DNA of 64,000 nucleotides from an uncultured Desulfarculus sp. (GCA_963665125.2 CAXXUK010000002.1:704001-768000), one strand, 5' to 3'. Numbered from the stretch's first letter, positions 26,459 through 36,657 are shown. The notes: generated by a model from the sequence alone, not told the origin. Program-made: numbers and translations.

Positions 26459-27277
26459 TTGCACATGTGTAGGACGCGGAAAATTTTTTCTGAGGAAGAG
26501 ATTCTGGCACTTGCCGGAAAAATTGAGTCGGAAGAACGCGTCCCCAACACAAAAATTCTGGCCAAGGCTGTAACGCTGGCCTTTTATTTGATGTTGACCC
26601 GCGACGAATTGCTCAGTTTGAAATTTGCCGATTTCGCTGGTCTTAACAATCCCGGCATTGTCGATCTGTTTTCGGTAGTCCGCAGACAAGCCATTGGGAT
26701 CCCGGAAAATGCAGTAGCGAGTCTAGCCAGTGTGCAGAGCTGTTTTCAATATCATGTTGACCAACTGTGCGCTGAATACGACACAACCCAAGAAGGCTTC
26801 CCTCTTTTCCCGGACAAAAAGGGCAATTACTATAAGATATCAACTATTCGCAGTCACCTACATATGCATGACGATGAAGCAAGCTGGCAAGATATACGCG
26901 TATCAGGTATGCGTTATCATTACAACTTGCTTAAGGTCTGTAGGATCACCAGGTATAGAGCCACTGAACTTGTGGCCCAAATGTCTGGCAACAAATTCAG
27001 GTGGACGAATGATATTTTGACCAACCCCAAGCTACCGGCTCACAGGGTCAGGGCTCTACAGGAAGATGCGTATACGCTTTTCATGAATGAAATTGATTCT
27101 GGTTTGTTTGACAGAAATTCAGACCGAGAACTATCCGATCGCTTTGATGTGCTCATTTCGCATTTCACATATTTTCCAATACAAAGAGACTCAGATGATA
27201 GGCTCAACAGATACATAGACAGTCTCAACCGACAACTCGTACAACGAGGAATCGCGTATCGGTTTCCCCCAGGCTGA
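26459..27277 (+). CDS. Hypothetical protein resembling a degenerate tyrosine-recombinase catalytic domain
   Basis: LAFYLMLTRDELLSLKFAD, PLFPDKKG, WQDIRVSG, VAQMSGN align loosely with Int boxes; start uncertain. Confidence 0.55.
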   Translation: MHMCRTRKIFSEEEILALAGKIESEERVPNTKILAKAVTLAFYLMLTRDELLSLKFADFAGLNNPGIVDLFSVVRRQAIGIPENAVASLASVQSCFQYHVDQLCAEYDTTQEGFPLFPDKKGNYYKISTIRSHLHMHDDEASWQDIRVSGMRYHYNLLKVCRITRYRATELVAQMSGNKFRWTNDILTNPKLPAHRVRALQEDAYTLFMNEIDSGLFDRNSDRELSDRFDVLISHFTYFPIQRDSDDRLNRYIDSLNRQLVQRGIAYRFPPG

Positions 27278-27348
27278 GCGAAAGACACCTTTTCATCATT
27301 GTTTTCAGCCATAGCACTGCCAGGCTCCACGCGACCTAGGAGTCTCTT

Positions 27349-27440
27349 TGTAACACCCGTAACGTCATGATCCCCCAAAGATGTTACAGCGTTTACTATT
27401 TCATTTCAGTTAGATAACACCTGTAACACCTGCAACAACA
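27349..27440. repeat. Short GTAACAC / GTTACA iteron-like repeats
   Basis: TGTAACACCCGTAAC, TGTTACAG, ATAACACCTGTAACACCTGCAACA. Confidence 0.5.
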
Positions 27441-27681
27441 TTTATTCACGCCTTCTCAAAGAGCAGCGTTGGCTACCGTGCCACTCAAACCCTGGCAGTT
27501 TCAAAATTCTTTTGCTTTACCTTAGCAACTACCTAGAAGTGCCAGCAGGCCAAAAGGGACCACGGCTGTCTGTATTTTTCCTGCTGCTTCAACGAGTTTC
27601 TCTCTGCCACGAGAATCCGGATGCCTTTACCCTCTGCCCTATTTGCGACCACTTGCATGGTCGCAGCATCTTGGACAAACT

Positions 27682-28968
27682 GAGACCATTGCGTAAAGCC
27701 GAGTCCTGACATACTTTCCTTTTCAGATGATTTTTTCGGTGTAGTAGGCAGTTGGGCCGGGCTTCGTTGGGTTTTTTCTAGCTTTTACCTGGCTGCCCAT
27801 CCTGCCCCCCGGTGTCTTTGATCACCTGCCGGCCAGTATCGCGGCCTTTTTCAGGTTGAAGGCCATGGCCGATAGCATCAGTTGCATGTTCATCTTGGCC
27901 AGGCCCAAATATCTGGCCCGCGCCAGGCCGTAGTGCTTCTTCATGCTGCCGAATGCCCTCTCCACCGAGCAGCGCACCCGTGAGATTGCCTTGTTCACTC
28001 TGAGTTCTGCATCACTCAGCGGTCGACCGCGAGCCGCCTTGTACATGATCAAGTCAAAGTAACCGGCCTCTTCCAGGTGGCTTCGATTATCCGCGCTGCT
28101 GTAGCCTTTGTCGGCCAGGACCGGAGCATCCTTCTTCAGCTTGGCGTTGTCGACCACGGCCATGAATTCCTTGCAATCCGGTCGGTTGGCCGGTGTGGCG
28201 TGGCCAGCCAGAATAAACCCGTGCTCCCCATCGACGGCAATGTGTCCCTTGTAGCCATAGCAGTACTTCTTGCCTTTCTTGGTCCATTTGGCGTCCGTGT
28301 CATCGGAATAGGTGGTTTCCACGCTGTAGCCGGTGGGGCGGTCGTCGTCATCATCGTCGTTTTGGTCGTCGAGTTCATCGAGGATCACTTCCTGCTTTTT
28401 GCGGGGCTGGCGGGCGGATGGAATCAAGGTGGCATCCACGCTGGAGCCGGTGCGCACCAAAATACCCTGCGCTTCAAGCTGCTGATTTATCATATTAAAC
28501 AGCTTGTCCAGCAGGCCGCGCTCTTGCAGGTGGTTTCGAAAGCGGCAGATGGTGGAGGCGTCGGGCGACTCGTGATCCAACGAAAAACCGGCGAAACGGC
28601 AAAAGGAAATTCGGTCGGCCATGGCCTCGGCTGCCTTGTGGTCGCTCAGGTCATGCCAGCGTTGCAGCAGCAAAATCTTGAACATGCCCAGAGGCGGATA
28701 AGCCGGATTGCCCACCGCGTCCTTGTGGCGCCGAAGCTTTTTCTTCAGAAAGCCCTCGATGGGCTTCCAATCGACGATGCGGTTTACATCATCCAGAAAG
28801 GTTTTGGGCTGTTTGCGGCTGGCCACGGCCATGTCCGCGAAACCGCCCCGCCTTGTCTCGAACCGATTGGCCAAAGATGCCCTCCATTCACGATGGTTAA
28901 GGACATTTTAACCAATTATTGCAACCAATTAAAGTGCACTCTCGGAGCTGACGCCGTGCAACGGTCTC
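27682..28968 (-). mobile_element. IS5-family insertion sequence (~1287 bp)
   Basis: Terminal IRs GAGACCATTGC / GAGACCGTTGC; CT on both flanks; single transposase. Confidence 0.85.
27822..28874 (-). CDS. IS5-family transposase
   Basis: GNPAYP..MFKILLLQRW, PDASTICRFR, VDATLI, YGYKGHI, ADKGY, RCSVERAFG; acidic insert DELDDQNDDDDDD. Confidence 0.93.
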   Translation of the reverse strand: MANRFETRRGGFADMAVASRKQPKTFLDDVNRIVDWKPIEGFLKKKLRRHKDAVGNPAYPPLGMFKILLLQRWHDLSDHKAAEAMADRISFCRFAGFSLDHESPDASTICRFRNHLQERGLLDKLFNMINQQLEAQGILVRTGSSVDATLIPSARQPRKKQEVILDELDDQNDDDDDDRPTGYSVETTYSDDTDAKWTKKGKKYCYGYKGHIAVDGEHGFILAGHATPANRPDCKEFMAVVDNAKLKKDAPVLADKGYSSADNRSHLEEAGYFDLIMYKAARGRPLSDAELRVNKAISRVRCSVERAFGSMKKHYGLARARYLGLAKMNMQLMLSAMAFNLKKAAILAGR

Positions 28969-29091
28969 CTGTAATATATTTTCCATTTCTGGCCGACCAT
29001 CATCCAACGAACCTACTCAACCAACCACCTAATCTAACTATATATATTAAATCCTGAAAGCTATTAACCCCTTAAATTTCAGGAGAAAGCC

Positions 29092-29280
29092 ATGGAAAAC
29101 CAAAACCCACAGGAAAATTCTGCCAGCATGACCCCAAAAGCCGTCAAAGGCCTCATTCGGGAAGGTGGCATTCAGATCGCCAAGGCCACGGTCAAATCCA
29201 CGTTCCCCATCATCATTGAGACCACAGGTAAGACCATGAGAATGTTGGCGGCAATCGCCCTCAGATTGCTCCGTCGATAG
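29092..29280 (+). CDS. Small hypothetical protein
   Basis: AGGAG RBS, 62 aa, same strand as the downstream island genes. Confidence 0.5.
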   Translation: MENQNPQENSASMTPKAVKGLIREGGIQIAKATVKSTFPIIIETTGKTMRMLAAIALRLLRR

Positions 29281-29343
29281 CTCGCTGTCCTTCCGCTCCC
29301 AACTCCACAAAGTCCAAACCCGAGACAAAGCAAGGAGACTGTT

Positions 29344-30270
29344 ATGCCTTTGTCCACCACCCTTGGTGCCTTGTCACACGAGGTACACGAGAAGCATCGT
29401 CATTACCGTCATGATCGTCATGTGCCGGTGAAGGACCTCAAATTTGAAAGTCTGAATGCCGTCCGCATCGGCGATCAGCCTCACCCTCTGGAGCAAATAG
29501 CCCAACGCTCCATATCCAACCGCCTTGGCATCCCGTTCAACTATCTCAGGCGATGCCCTGAGGATTTACAGGCCCAGCAGTTGGCCCACTGGCTTCAAGA
29601 TGAGCCCCAGGATGAGTTGTTCTTCAGGTTTGACGGCAACAATGTCAGGGCCATCTTCACCCCGCGCTACAAGCCCATAGATAATCACCATGTCCTCGAT
29701 GCGCTGATACAGCTTGGCTACGGCGAAGACACCACGGTGCATGTCAGCCTGGACAGCCAGTTCATGAGCCTGAACATCCCTGACCCGAAAAGCGTCAAGA
29801 TTCTTGGCGATGAACTGTCGCCGGGGATATCCATCTCCAACAGCGAAGTTGGTCTGGCATCGCTGAAGATCGAGGCATTCTTCCTGCGCCTGGTCTGCAC
29901 CAATGGCATGGTCACCCGGAGCCAAACCTCATCGTCATACCGTCATATCTCCCAGAGGGCCTTGGAATGCCTGCCCGAAACGATTTCATCGGTGCGTGGT
30001 GAAGCCAGTATTCAGAGCAGCCGCATCAGGATATCCATGGAAACCCCAGTCGAGGAACCGGGCAAGACCATGGAGTCGATCAACCGGCGATTCATGCTGT
30101 CTGAAATGGAGCAGCAGGCCGTTGAATGGGGATGGGCCTTCGAACCGGGCAGCACCATGTGGCAGATCGCCAATGCCTACACCAAGGCCGCTCAGTACCA
30201 GTCTCTGCCCGCTGAATCAGTTCACCGCTTGCAGACCATCGGCGGTGAAGTATTGGCTCTGCCAAGCTGA
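29344..30270 (+). CDS. DUF932-family phage/plasmid protein
   Basis: RYKPIDN, ISNSEVG..LKIEAFFLRLVCTNGMV, YRH, WQIANAYT; AAGGAG RBS. Confidence 0.8.
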   Translation: MPLSTTLGALSHEVHEKHRHYRHDRHVPVKDLKFESLNAVRIGDQPHPLEQIAQRSISNRLGIPFNYLRRCPEDLQAQQLAHWLQDEPQDELFFRFDGNNVRAIFTPRYKPIDNHHVLDALIQLGYGEDTTVHVSLDSQFMSLNIPDPKSVKILGDELSPGISISNSEVGLASLKIEAFFLRLVCTNGMVTRSQTSSSYRHISQRALECLPETISSVRGEASIQSSRIRISMETPVEEPGKTMESINRRFMLSEMEQQAVEWGWAFEPGSTMWQIANAYTKAAQYQSLPAESVHRLQTIGGEVLALPS

Positions 30271-30352
30271 TGGGAATGGAACAGCAAGCTACGGTCACGG
30301 ATTTAGGCCGTTTCTCTCAAAGGAGGACAAACTCTCAAACAGGAGAGTGTCC

Positions 30353-30560
30353 AATGAAGAGAAACAGTAAAATCGAAAAGCAAAAGCCAAAAATCCCAAT
30401 TATCTTCGAATCCCCCATATCAAAGGAACAGATCGCCGAACTTCGTGAACATATTGATGCAATAAGATTCTATGCAGACGCGATAGAGGCGATCCTACCT
30501 GCCTTGAAACCCAGAAAATCTGCCATAACCGGCGTGGACCTAAAACAGCGCTGGTCTTAG
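30353..30560 (+). CDS. Small hypothetical protein upstream of the integrase
   Basis: AGGAG RBS before MKRNSK; the track ORF extends to 30270. Confidence 0.45.
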
Positions 30561-30586
30561 GCCTGGGTTGTATTGGAAGTGTAAAA

Positions 30587-31609
30587 ATGTCAGTGCACAA
30601 ACGAAAGGACGGCTATTGGTTCGTCAAATACAAACAAAACGATAAGTGGATCCGGAAATACTTTGGAAAAGATGGTGAGTCGCAGGCCAGGGAATTTGAA
30701 ATTGAAATTAAACAAATCCTTGCCAAGGCAGAAAACCAAATTCCGACTTTGGCAGAGTTGGCCGATCGATACTTCGTATCCATGTCAGGCAGGCTTCATC
30801 CACAAACGCAGTCAGATATAGTCAGGTACCTGACCGATGCATGCGCCAGTTTCCTTGAAAAGCCGTGCGACAAATTGAGCCGTAGGGACCTGGAAGCAAT
30901 GCGGTTGAAAATGAATGGCACAAAGGCCTCAACCATCAACCGGGCGCACGCCTACATCACTGCCATTTTGAATTGGGGCCTGGAACAGGAATTGATCCAC
31001 AGAAATCCGTGGCAAGGCGCATCCAAGCTCAAAGAGGAAACATTTGTGGTATCCGCTACAGTCGAGGACTTCAGGGCGATCATGAAATGTGCTGCCCCTC
31101 ATCTAAAATGGGCAATGGATGTCAGCCTTAATCTGGCTCTACGGCCAGGCAAGGTCGAACTACTACGGCTGAAGTGGGATGGTTTCAAATGGAGTTCTGG
31201 CTATGTCGAGATCGTGCAGGGTAAAAATGCCGGTTTAAAACGCGTGGTACCGCCAAAGGCCTTCATGGAAAGAGCGAAACTTAGATATGAGCAGGACAAG
31301 GCCGCCAATATCCCTTGGGTGGTCCATTATAATGGTCGGCAGATCGACAGCCTGAAAACAGCCTGGCGCAGTGCCAAGGAAAAGGCAGGCTACAAGAACA
31401 AGCCCATCCGTCTATATGATCTGCGTCATGTGGCCGCCACGGAGATGCTGGCTGCGGGAGCTGACCCCGTGGCCGTGCAGTACCAACTTGGCCACAGAAA
31501 ACTAAGCACCACGCTAGATAACTACAGCCATATTGTTTCTGGTGCCCAGGAGCGTGCGGCAAGCATGATCCCGGACCTGAACAGCGATGAAAAGGACGAG
31601 GGCGTTTAA
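30587..31609 (+). CDS. Tyrosine integrase (tRNA-proximal element)
   Basis: LALRPGKVELL, LYDLRHVAATEML, QLGHRKLSTTLDNYSH; adjacent to att/tRNA. Confidence 0.95.
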   Translation: MSVHKRKDGYWFVKYKQNDKWIRKYFGKDGESQAREFEIEIKQILAKAENQIPTLAELADRYFVSMSGRLHPQTQSDIVRYLTDACASFLEKPCDKLSRRDLEAMRLKMNGTKASTINRAHAYITAILNWGLEQELIHRNPWQGASKLKEETFVVSATVEDFRAIMKCAAPHLKWAMDVSLNLALRPGKVELLRLKWDGFKWSSGYVEIVQGKNAGLKRVVPPKAFMERAKLRYEQDKAANIPWVVHYNGRQIDSLKTAWRSAKEKAGYKNKPIRLYDLRHVAATEMLAAGADPVAVQYQLGHRKLSTTLDNYSHIVSGAQERAASMIPDLNSDEKDEGV

Positions 31610-31615
31610 GATATG

Positions 31616-31646
31616 AAGAGCCAGGCGTGTGTCTGGCTCTTTTTTT
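31616..31646 (+). terminator. Intrinsic terminator after the integrase
   Basis: AAGAGCCAG-N8-CTGGCTCTT followed by a T-run. Confidence 0.75.
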
Positions 31647-31673
31647 GTGCTTTTTGACTCAACGCCTGTCGGC

Positions 31674-31704
31674 GTGACAAAACGAGTGACAAAAAGTTAC
31701 AAAA
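31674..31704 (+). repeat. GTGACAAAA repeats (putative arm sites)
   Basis: GTGACAAAA at 31674 and 31686, GTTACAAAA at 31696; CGAGTGACAAA resembles CGAGTATCAAA at 21388. Confidence 0.5.
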
Positions 31705-31709
31705 TCAAG

Positions 31710-31797
31710 CAAAAAGGAGGTTACGCCTGGTGACGTAACCTCCTGATTTTATTGGTGCGCCCGGCCTGATTCGAACAGGCGGCCTACGGATTCGTAG
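31710..31797 (-). repeat. att site, tRNA-proximal copy of the 88-bp repeat
   Basis: Identical to 6435-6522. Confidence 0.95.
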
Positions 31798-31829
31798 TCC
31801 GGCGCTCTATCCAGCTGAGCTACGGGCGC
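31753..31829 (-). tRNA. tRNA-Arg(ACG)
   Basis: GCGCCCG TA GCTC AGCTGGATA GAGC G CCGGA CTACGAA TCCGT AGGCC GCCTG TTCGAAT CAGGC CGGGCGC A CCA cloverleaf. Confidence 0.97.
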
Positions 31830-31878
31830 GTTCATTTGCGATTGGGGATTATAACAAAAGATCGGCCTTTTACAAGGG

Positions 31879-33318
31879 CTAATCGCTTTTGCCTCCCTGC
31901 TTTGGTCCGCTTTGTTCTCCCTGGCGAGGTTTGCGGCGTCTGCTGTGGCGCTTTTGGGGCTTGTCATCGCCGCTTTTGGCGCTGTCGCCGCTGCGTTTAA
32001 CGGCCGGTTTGCGGCCACCGCGGCCCCTGCCACCGCCACCGCCACTACCGCCACCGCCCGGCCTGGACGGACCGCCTGACCTTGGCCTGCGGGGCGGCAT
32101 GCCCGTGTGGTCTGGGAGGAACATGTCGTCATCGGCCCAACTCACCGGGATTTTTTCGCCCAGGTATTCCTCAACATAGGGCAGGTGGGTGGCGTACTTG
32201 TCGCAGCAAAGGGTGATGGCCTTGCCCACGGCTCCGGCCCGGGCCGTGCGGCCCACGCGGTGAACGTAGTCTTCAGGGTCGGCCGGGATGTCGAAATTGA
32301 TCACGTGGCTGACGTCATCGACATGCAATCCGCGGGCGGCCACGTTGGTGGCCACCAGAATCTTGAGTTCGCCATCCTTGAACTGTTTGACCAGGCTCTG
32401 GCGCTTGCGTTGGGTCAGGTCGCCGCTGATGCCCTCGGCGGGCAGGCCATGGCCCTGTAGCTTGTGAGTGATGATGTCCACGGCGCGCTTGGTGTTGGTA
32501 AAGATCATCACCCTGTGCCAGTCCTCTTTTTGGAGGATGCCCAGCAGCAGGTTGATCTTTTCGTGGGCCGAGCAGTGATACATCTCCTGCTCGACCTTTT
32601 CAACGGTGCGCTGGTCCGGTGTCACCGAGACCTTTTCCGGCATGTTCATGAACTCGTAGGTCAGCTCGATGACCCGGTAGCCCAAGGTGGCTGAAAACAG
32701 CATGGACTGGCGCTGGTCATAGGACGGCAGACGGCGCATGATCCAGCGCAGATCGGCGATGAATCCCATGTCGAACAGGCGGTCGGCCTCGTCGATGACC
32801 AGGTGCCGGATATGGCGCAGGTCCAGGAATTTCTGCTTGATGTAGTCGATGGCGCGGCCCGGAGTGGCCACCACGACGTCAACTCCCTCGCGCAGGGTGC
32901 GGGCCTGTTTCTGGTAATCCACGCCGCCGTATATCGCGGCCATGTCAAGGCCGGTGTGCCTGCCGATGAGCATGGCGTCGTCATATATCTGAAGGGCAAG
33001 CTCACGGGTGGGCGCGATAATCAAGGCTCCCGGCTCATGGGGCTTGCGCTGGTCATCCCTGAGCATGTGAGCGAATACCGGCACCAGGAAGGCGGCGGTT
33101 TTTCCCGTGCCCGTCTGGGCTTCTCCGGCAACGTCCTTGCCCTGCAGGGCTATGGGGATGGTTTGATCTTGAATGGGCGTACAACGGAAGTAGCCCGTAT
33201 CATGCAGACCCCTAAGTAAGGGCTCGGGCAGATCGAAATCGACGTAGGGTGTTCCCTGGGCCAGATCCGAACCGCCTTGGTCCGCGTTGTCTTGTTGTTC
33301 TATGTGATCGTCATTCAT
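31879..33318 (-). CDS. rhlB: DEAD-box RNA helicase, RhlB-like
   Basis: [42 protein letters not shown]; Gly/Arg-rich tail; start taken as MNDDH. Confidence 0.85.
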   Translation of the reverse strand: MNDDHIEQQDNADQGGSDLAQGTPYVDFDLPEPLLRGLHDTGYFRCTPIQDQTIPIALQGKDVAGEAQTGTGKTAAFLVPVFAHMLRDDQRKPHEPGALIIAPTRELALQIYDDAMLIGRHTGLDMAAIYGGVDYQKQARTLREGVDVVVATPGRAIDYIKQKFLDLRHIRHLVIDEADRLFDMGFIADLRWIMRRLPSYDQRQSMLFSATLGYRVIELTYEFMNMPEKVSVTPDQRTVEKVEQEMYHCSAHEKINLLLGILQKEDWHRVMIFTNTKRAVDIITHKLQGHGLPAEGISGDLTQRKRQSLVKQFKDGELKILVATNVAARGLHVDDVSHVINFDIPADPEDYVHRVGRTARAGAVGKAITLCCDKYATHLPYVEEYLGEKIPVSWADDDMFLPDHTGMPPRRPRSGGPSRPGGGGSGGGGGRGRGGRKPAVKRSGDSAKSGDDKPQKRHSRRRKPRQGEQSGPKQGGKSD

Positions 33319-33365
33319 AGCGAAATATTGTACATTTCCCACGGGCGGGCGGCAACAGCATACAA

Positions 33366-33794
33366 TCAATCTGCCGAACTAACCTGTTTTATCTCAACAT
33401 TCCAGACCTTGCAGTCGTATTTCGCGCAGTCCACGGCCCTGGAAGCGTAGGTCAGTTTGCCATCTTCGAAATAGACCCAGTGGGGCTCGGCCTCGGCGTG
33501 CGAGAAGGCGATTTCGCTCATGCCCAGGGTCACCAGGCCGGCGATGCTGCGGCCCAAAAGCTTGCTGGGGCAGTTTGGCGTATCGGCCACCATTTCGTAT
33601 TGCCAGACTACGAACTTACCGTTTTGCTTGGGGAATTGGACCATCTTCACGGCTTCGGGAGGCCCAAGCTGTTGCTGGACCTGGTCCGGTGTCATACCTG
33701 TCTTGACTTTGGCCAGATTTTCCTTGGCGCCCATGGCGCAACCGGCCATGGCCAGCATTGTGATAAATATCAGCGCCAGTTTTGCCCGTTTCAT
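33366..33794 (-). CDS. Lipoprotein, SmpA/OmlA-like N-terminus
   Basis: Lipobox [21 protein letters not shown]. Confidence 0.7.
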   Translation of the reverse strand: MKRAKLALIFITMLAMAGCAMGAKENLAKVKTGMTPDQVQQQLGPPEAVKMVQFPKQNGKFVVWQYEMVADTPNCPSKLLGRSIAGLVTLGMSEIAFSHAEAEPHWVYFEDGKLTYASRAVDCAKYDCKVWNVEIKQVSSAD

Positions 33795-33863
33795 GGCATC
33801 TCCTAATTAATTGAGGCCTGTTCCGGCCCTTTTCGCCCTCTGTTGGCCCCGCCGGAAGGCTTG

Positions 33864-34880
33864 CTACAGCTTGCGGCCTTCCGACTGAGCCCGGGCTGCG
33901 ATAATTTCCGCGGCAATGCTCACGGCTATTTCCTGGGGCGTGCGGGCCCCGATGGACAGCCCGATGGGACAATGAACCATCTCCAGAGTATGATCGTCAA
34001 AGCCGTCCTGCGCAAGCCCTTCATATACTTCTTGTTTTTTTCTGGACGAGCCGATCATGCCCACATAGACGGCCCCTCGTCCCAGGACCTGGGTCAGGCT
34101 TTGCCGGTCCAATTGGTGGGTACGGGCCATACACACTACATAGTCATTGATTCCGGGGCCTTCCGGGCCGAAGGGCTGGTCAAAGGGCCGCAGCAAAAAG
34201 GCGTCGGCAGCCTTTGCCGCCGGTGAGTTTGCCGCCTGGGGCAGGTCGTCGCCCACCACCACCCGGAAGTCCAGAGTGGCCATAAGCGGAGCCAGGGCCG
34301 CGGCCACATGGCCCGAACCCAGGATAAACACCGCCGGGGCCGGGCTCAGGGGCAGGCTGAAGAACATATCTTGGCCAAGTGAGGCCATCTCCGGCTTGGC
34401 TGGAGGCTGCCAGCCGGCCGGAGCAAAGCCCTCGGGCGGGACTCCGGCCATGACGCCTTCAGGGCCCAGCAGCAGATGCCCCGGCCCGGATGTCAGGGTC
34501 AACAGGTGGCACTGGCCGCCCCGGTTCAGGGTTTCGGCGGCCGCCTCGAACACGGCCTTGGCCCCGGCGTCGGCGGCCATGATTGGATCGATCAGGACGT
34601 CAACGTCACCGCCGGAGTCCACGGGTTCGGCCAGGCCGGATTGGACCCTAAACGACAGCAAAATCGGCGAGCTGTCTTGCAAGGCCCCCGGAGCCGCCTG
34701 GCAGACCTGGTGCTCCAGCGAACCGCCGCCGATGCTGCCCCCCGTGGCCAGACCATCGGCGATGATCATCGCCGCGCCGGGGTCGCGGGGGGCGGTGCCC
34801 CGTTTGGCCGTGAGATAGGCCAGGCAAAAGTCTTGTTTTCGCTCAAATAAGCCGTTGATCTTGTCCAGGAGCTTGTGCAT
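33864..34880 (-). CDS. XdhC/CoxI family molybdoenzyme maturation factor
   Basis: GTAPRDPGA, GSIGGGSLE, LGSGHVA, YVGMIGSSRK, CPIGLSIGARTPQEIAVSIAAEI. Confidence 0.9.
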   Translation of the reverse strand: MHKLLDKINGLFERKQDFCLAYLTAKRGTAPRDPGAAMIIADGLATGGSIGGGSLEHQVCQAAPGALQDSSPILLSFRVQSGLAEPVDSGGDVDVLIDPIMAADAGAKAVFEAAAETLNRGGQCHLLTLTSGPGHLLLGPEGVMAGVPPEGFAPAGWQPPAKPEMASLGQDMFFSLPLSPAPAVFILGSGHVAAALAPLMATLDFRVVVGDDLPQAANSPAAKAADAFLLRPFDQPFGPEGPGINDYVVCMARTHQLDRQSLTQVLGRGAVYVGMIGSSRKKQEVYEGLAQDGFDDHTLEMVHCPIGLSIGARTPQEIAVSIAAEIIAARAQSEGRKL

Positions 34881-34900
34881 CAGCTTTCCAGATTGAATAA

Positions 34901-35353
34901 TTACTTTTCCTCGGGGCGGACAATCAACACCGAGCAGGGCGCCCGGCGGACCATGCGCCGGGCCACCGAGCCGAACATCAACTCATTGAGGGCTCCGGCG
35001 CCGTGAGAGCCCAGGACCAATAGCGAGGCGTTGCGCGCCTGGCACAGGCCCAACAGCTCCCGGCTGGGATCGCCGTCAAGGATCTTGGTTTCGATCTTGT
35101 CCGGCGCGGCATTGTCCTGGCTCAGGATTTCCATCTCCCGCTGGGCGGCCTGGAGCATATCCCTGTGCAGATCCACTGATAGCTGGCCCAGTTGCACCTC
35201 GTCCAACAGCGGCGTGGGCGCCACCAGCGGCGGAATGACATGGACCACGATCAGGGGAAGACCCCGTTGGACGGCCAGGCGCATGGCCTCGGCCACTCCC
35301 CGCCTGGCGGCGGAAGAAAAATCAGTCGCAGCGACTATCGGACCTTCACTCAT
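34901..35353 (-). CDS. Universal stress protein
   Basis: IVAATDFS, LLVLGSHG, FGSVARRMVRRAPCSVLIVR; start MSEGP. Confidence 0.9.
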   Translation of the reverse strand: MSEGPIVAATDFSSAARRGVAEAMRLAVQRGLPLIVVHVIPPLVAPTPLLDEVQLGQLSVDLHRDMLQAAQREMEILSQDNAAPDKIETKILDGDPSRELLGLCQARNASLLVLGSHGAGALNELMFGSVARRMVRRAPCSVLIVRPEEK

Positions 35354-35403
35354 TTTTTTCCTCCGGACGTATTTATAAACAAACCGCTCAATGGTTACTA
35401 TGG

Positions 35404-36657
35404 TTACTGGGGATTGGCGGGGGGCCTGTTCCAGGCCTCGATCAGCAAATCCTTGCGCTCCTCGAACAGACGGGCCTGTTGCTCCACCAACTCCTCGGCT
35501 TCCTGTGACGACATGTTCAGGCTCTCCTTGACGAAAGAGGCCACCCTGGCGAAGTACAGCGGCGTGCACAACTCCACCAGACGCATGCGGTTGGCTTCCC
35601 ACGCGTGATACGTGGCGGCCAGTTCATACATTATTTCGATCCACACCTCGGTGGGCAGGGAAAATTCTTCCAATGGGGCCTGGGCCGCCTTGGCCACGGC
35701 CTTGTAGGTGGAATCGGGCAGGATGCTTTGCCACAGCGGGCCGAACTGCTGGTAGCCGGTGCGGAAATTTTCCAGCAGGTTGTCGAGGTTGACATTGACC
35801 GGCTCGGGCTCGCCCATGGAACCGAAGTCAAAGGTTTCCACGGCTTCGCTGCCGGAAATGGTTTTCCAATGTTCTTCGTAGCGCTCCATAAGAGAGAACA
35901 GGGTCCACACCACCTGGCGGAACATGGGAGCCAGATGCACCGAGGGGTCCTTGGCGTCGTGGATCTTCACGCCCAGGTTGGACTGGCAGACCTTGAAGCC
36001 ATGGGTGATGGCGCTGGTGGTCATCCAGATATCGATGCCGTAACGGGCGACCTCGGAACCCCAGACATCCTGCTCGCAATAAAACTTGGCCAGGTCGGCG
36101 GTGATGGCGAAGTCGCCGCCGATGGGCTGGCGCACCCGCTTGCCGTACAGGGCCCGGGTCATGTTGTAGACGATGTTGTTGGTGATGGTGCCGTCGTATT
36201 TGTGGCGCAGGTACACCGGGGCCACGAACTGGTAGCCCTTTTCCAGCACCGGGTCCAGCAAGTACTTGACCCAGTCGCCGGTGATGGAGCGCAAGTCCGA
36301 GTCGACCATGCCGCAAGCGATTACCTTGAGCCGCACGGCCGCCTCAAAGATTGACCGCAGGGCGGTGCCCTTGCCTCCGGGACCCCTGTAGATGCTGACT
36401 ATCTTTTCCTGCCATGGCTTGATCTCGAATTCCCGGGCCGCTTCCCTGGTGTCGTCCGTGGAGCCGCCGTCGGCGATAAGGATAACGCTGCGTTTGTCGC
36501 CGTAATGCTCGGCCAGACCGTGGGTCAGGCTTTGGACCACGTGGACAATGGTGTCCTGATTGTTAAAACAGGGGATGCCCATGAGGATGTCCGCCGAGCC
36601 GATTTCCTCGATGCGCTTGGCCGTGTAGCCTCTCAGAGCGGTTTGATAAGCCATCAT
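35404..36657 (-). CDS. GT2 glycosyltransferase, mannosyl/glucosyl-glycerate synthase-like
   Basis: DGGSTDDT, GKGTAL, VDSDLRSI, RHKYDGTITN, VRQPIGGDF, YGIDIWMT, KIHDAKDP. Confidence 0.8.
   Translation of the reverse strand: MMAYQTALRGYTAKRIEEIGSADILMGIPCFNNQDTIVHVVQSLTHGLAEHYGDKRSVILIADGGSTDDTREAAREFEIKPWQEKIVSIYRGPGGKGTALRSIFEAAVRLKVIACGMVDSDLRSITGDWVKYLLDPVLEKGYQFVAPVYLRHKYDGTITNNIVYNMTRALYGKRVRQPIGGDFAITADLAKFYCEQDVWGSEVARYGIDIWMTTSAITHGFKVCQSNLGVKIHDAKDPSVHLAPMFRQVVWTLFSLMERYEEHWKTISGSEAVETFDFGSMGEPEPVNVNLDNLLENFRTGYQQFGPLWQSILPDSTYKAVAKAAQAPLEEFSLPTEVWIEIMYELAATYHAWEANRMRLVELCTPLYFARVASFVKESLNMSSQEAEELVEQQARLFEERKDLLIEAWNRPPANPQ

Larger units (their letters stand above)
6523..31709. mobile_element. 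~25-kb composite genomic island between the 88-bp att repeats
   Basis: Bounded by 6435-6522 and 31710-31797; integrase next to tRNA; TA, IS and primase cargo. Confidence 0.85.

Noticed and set aside
31785..31803. C27-U43 mismatch in the tRNA anticodon stem as integration damage
   Set aside because: The displaced copy at 6478-6522 has the same base, and 27-43 mismatches occur naturally.
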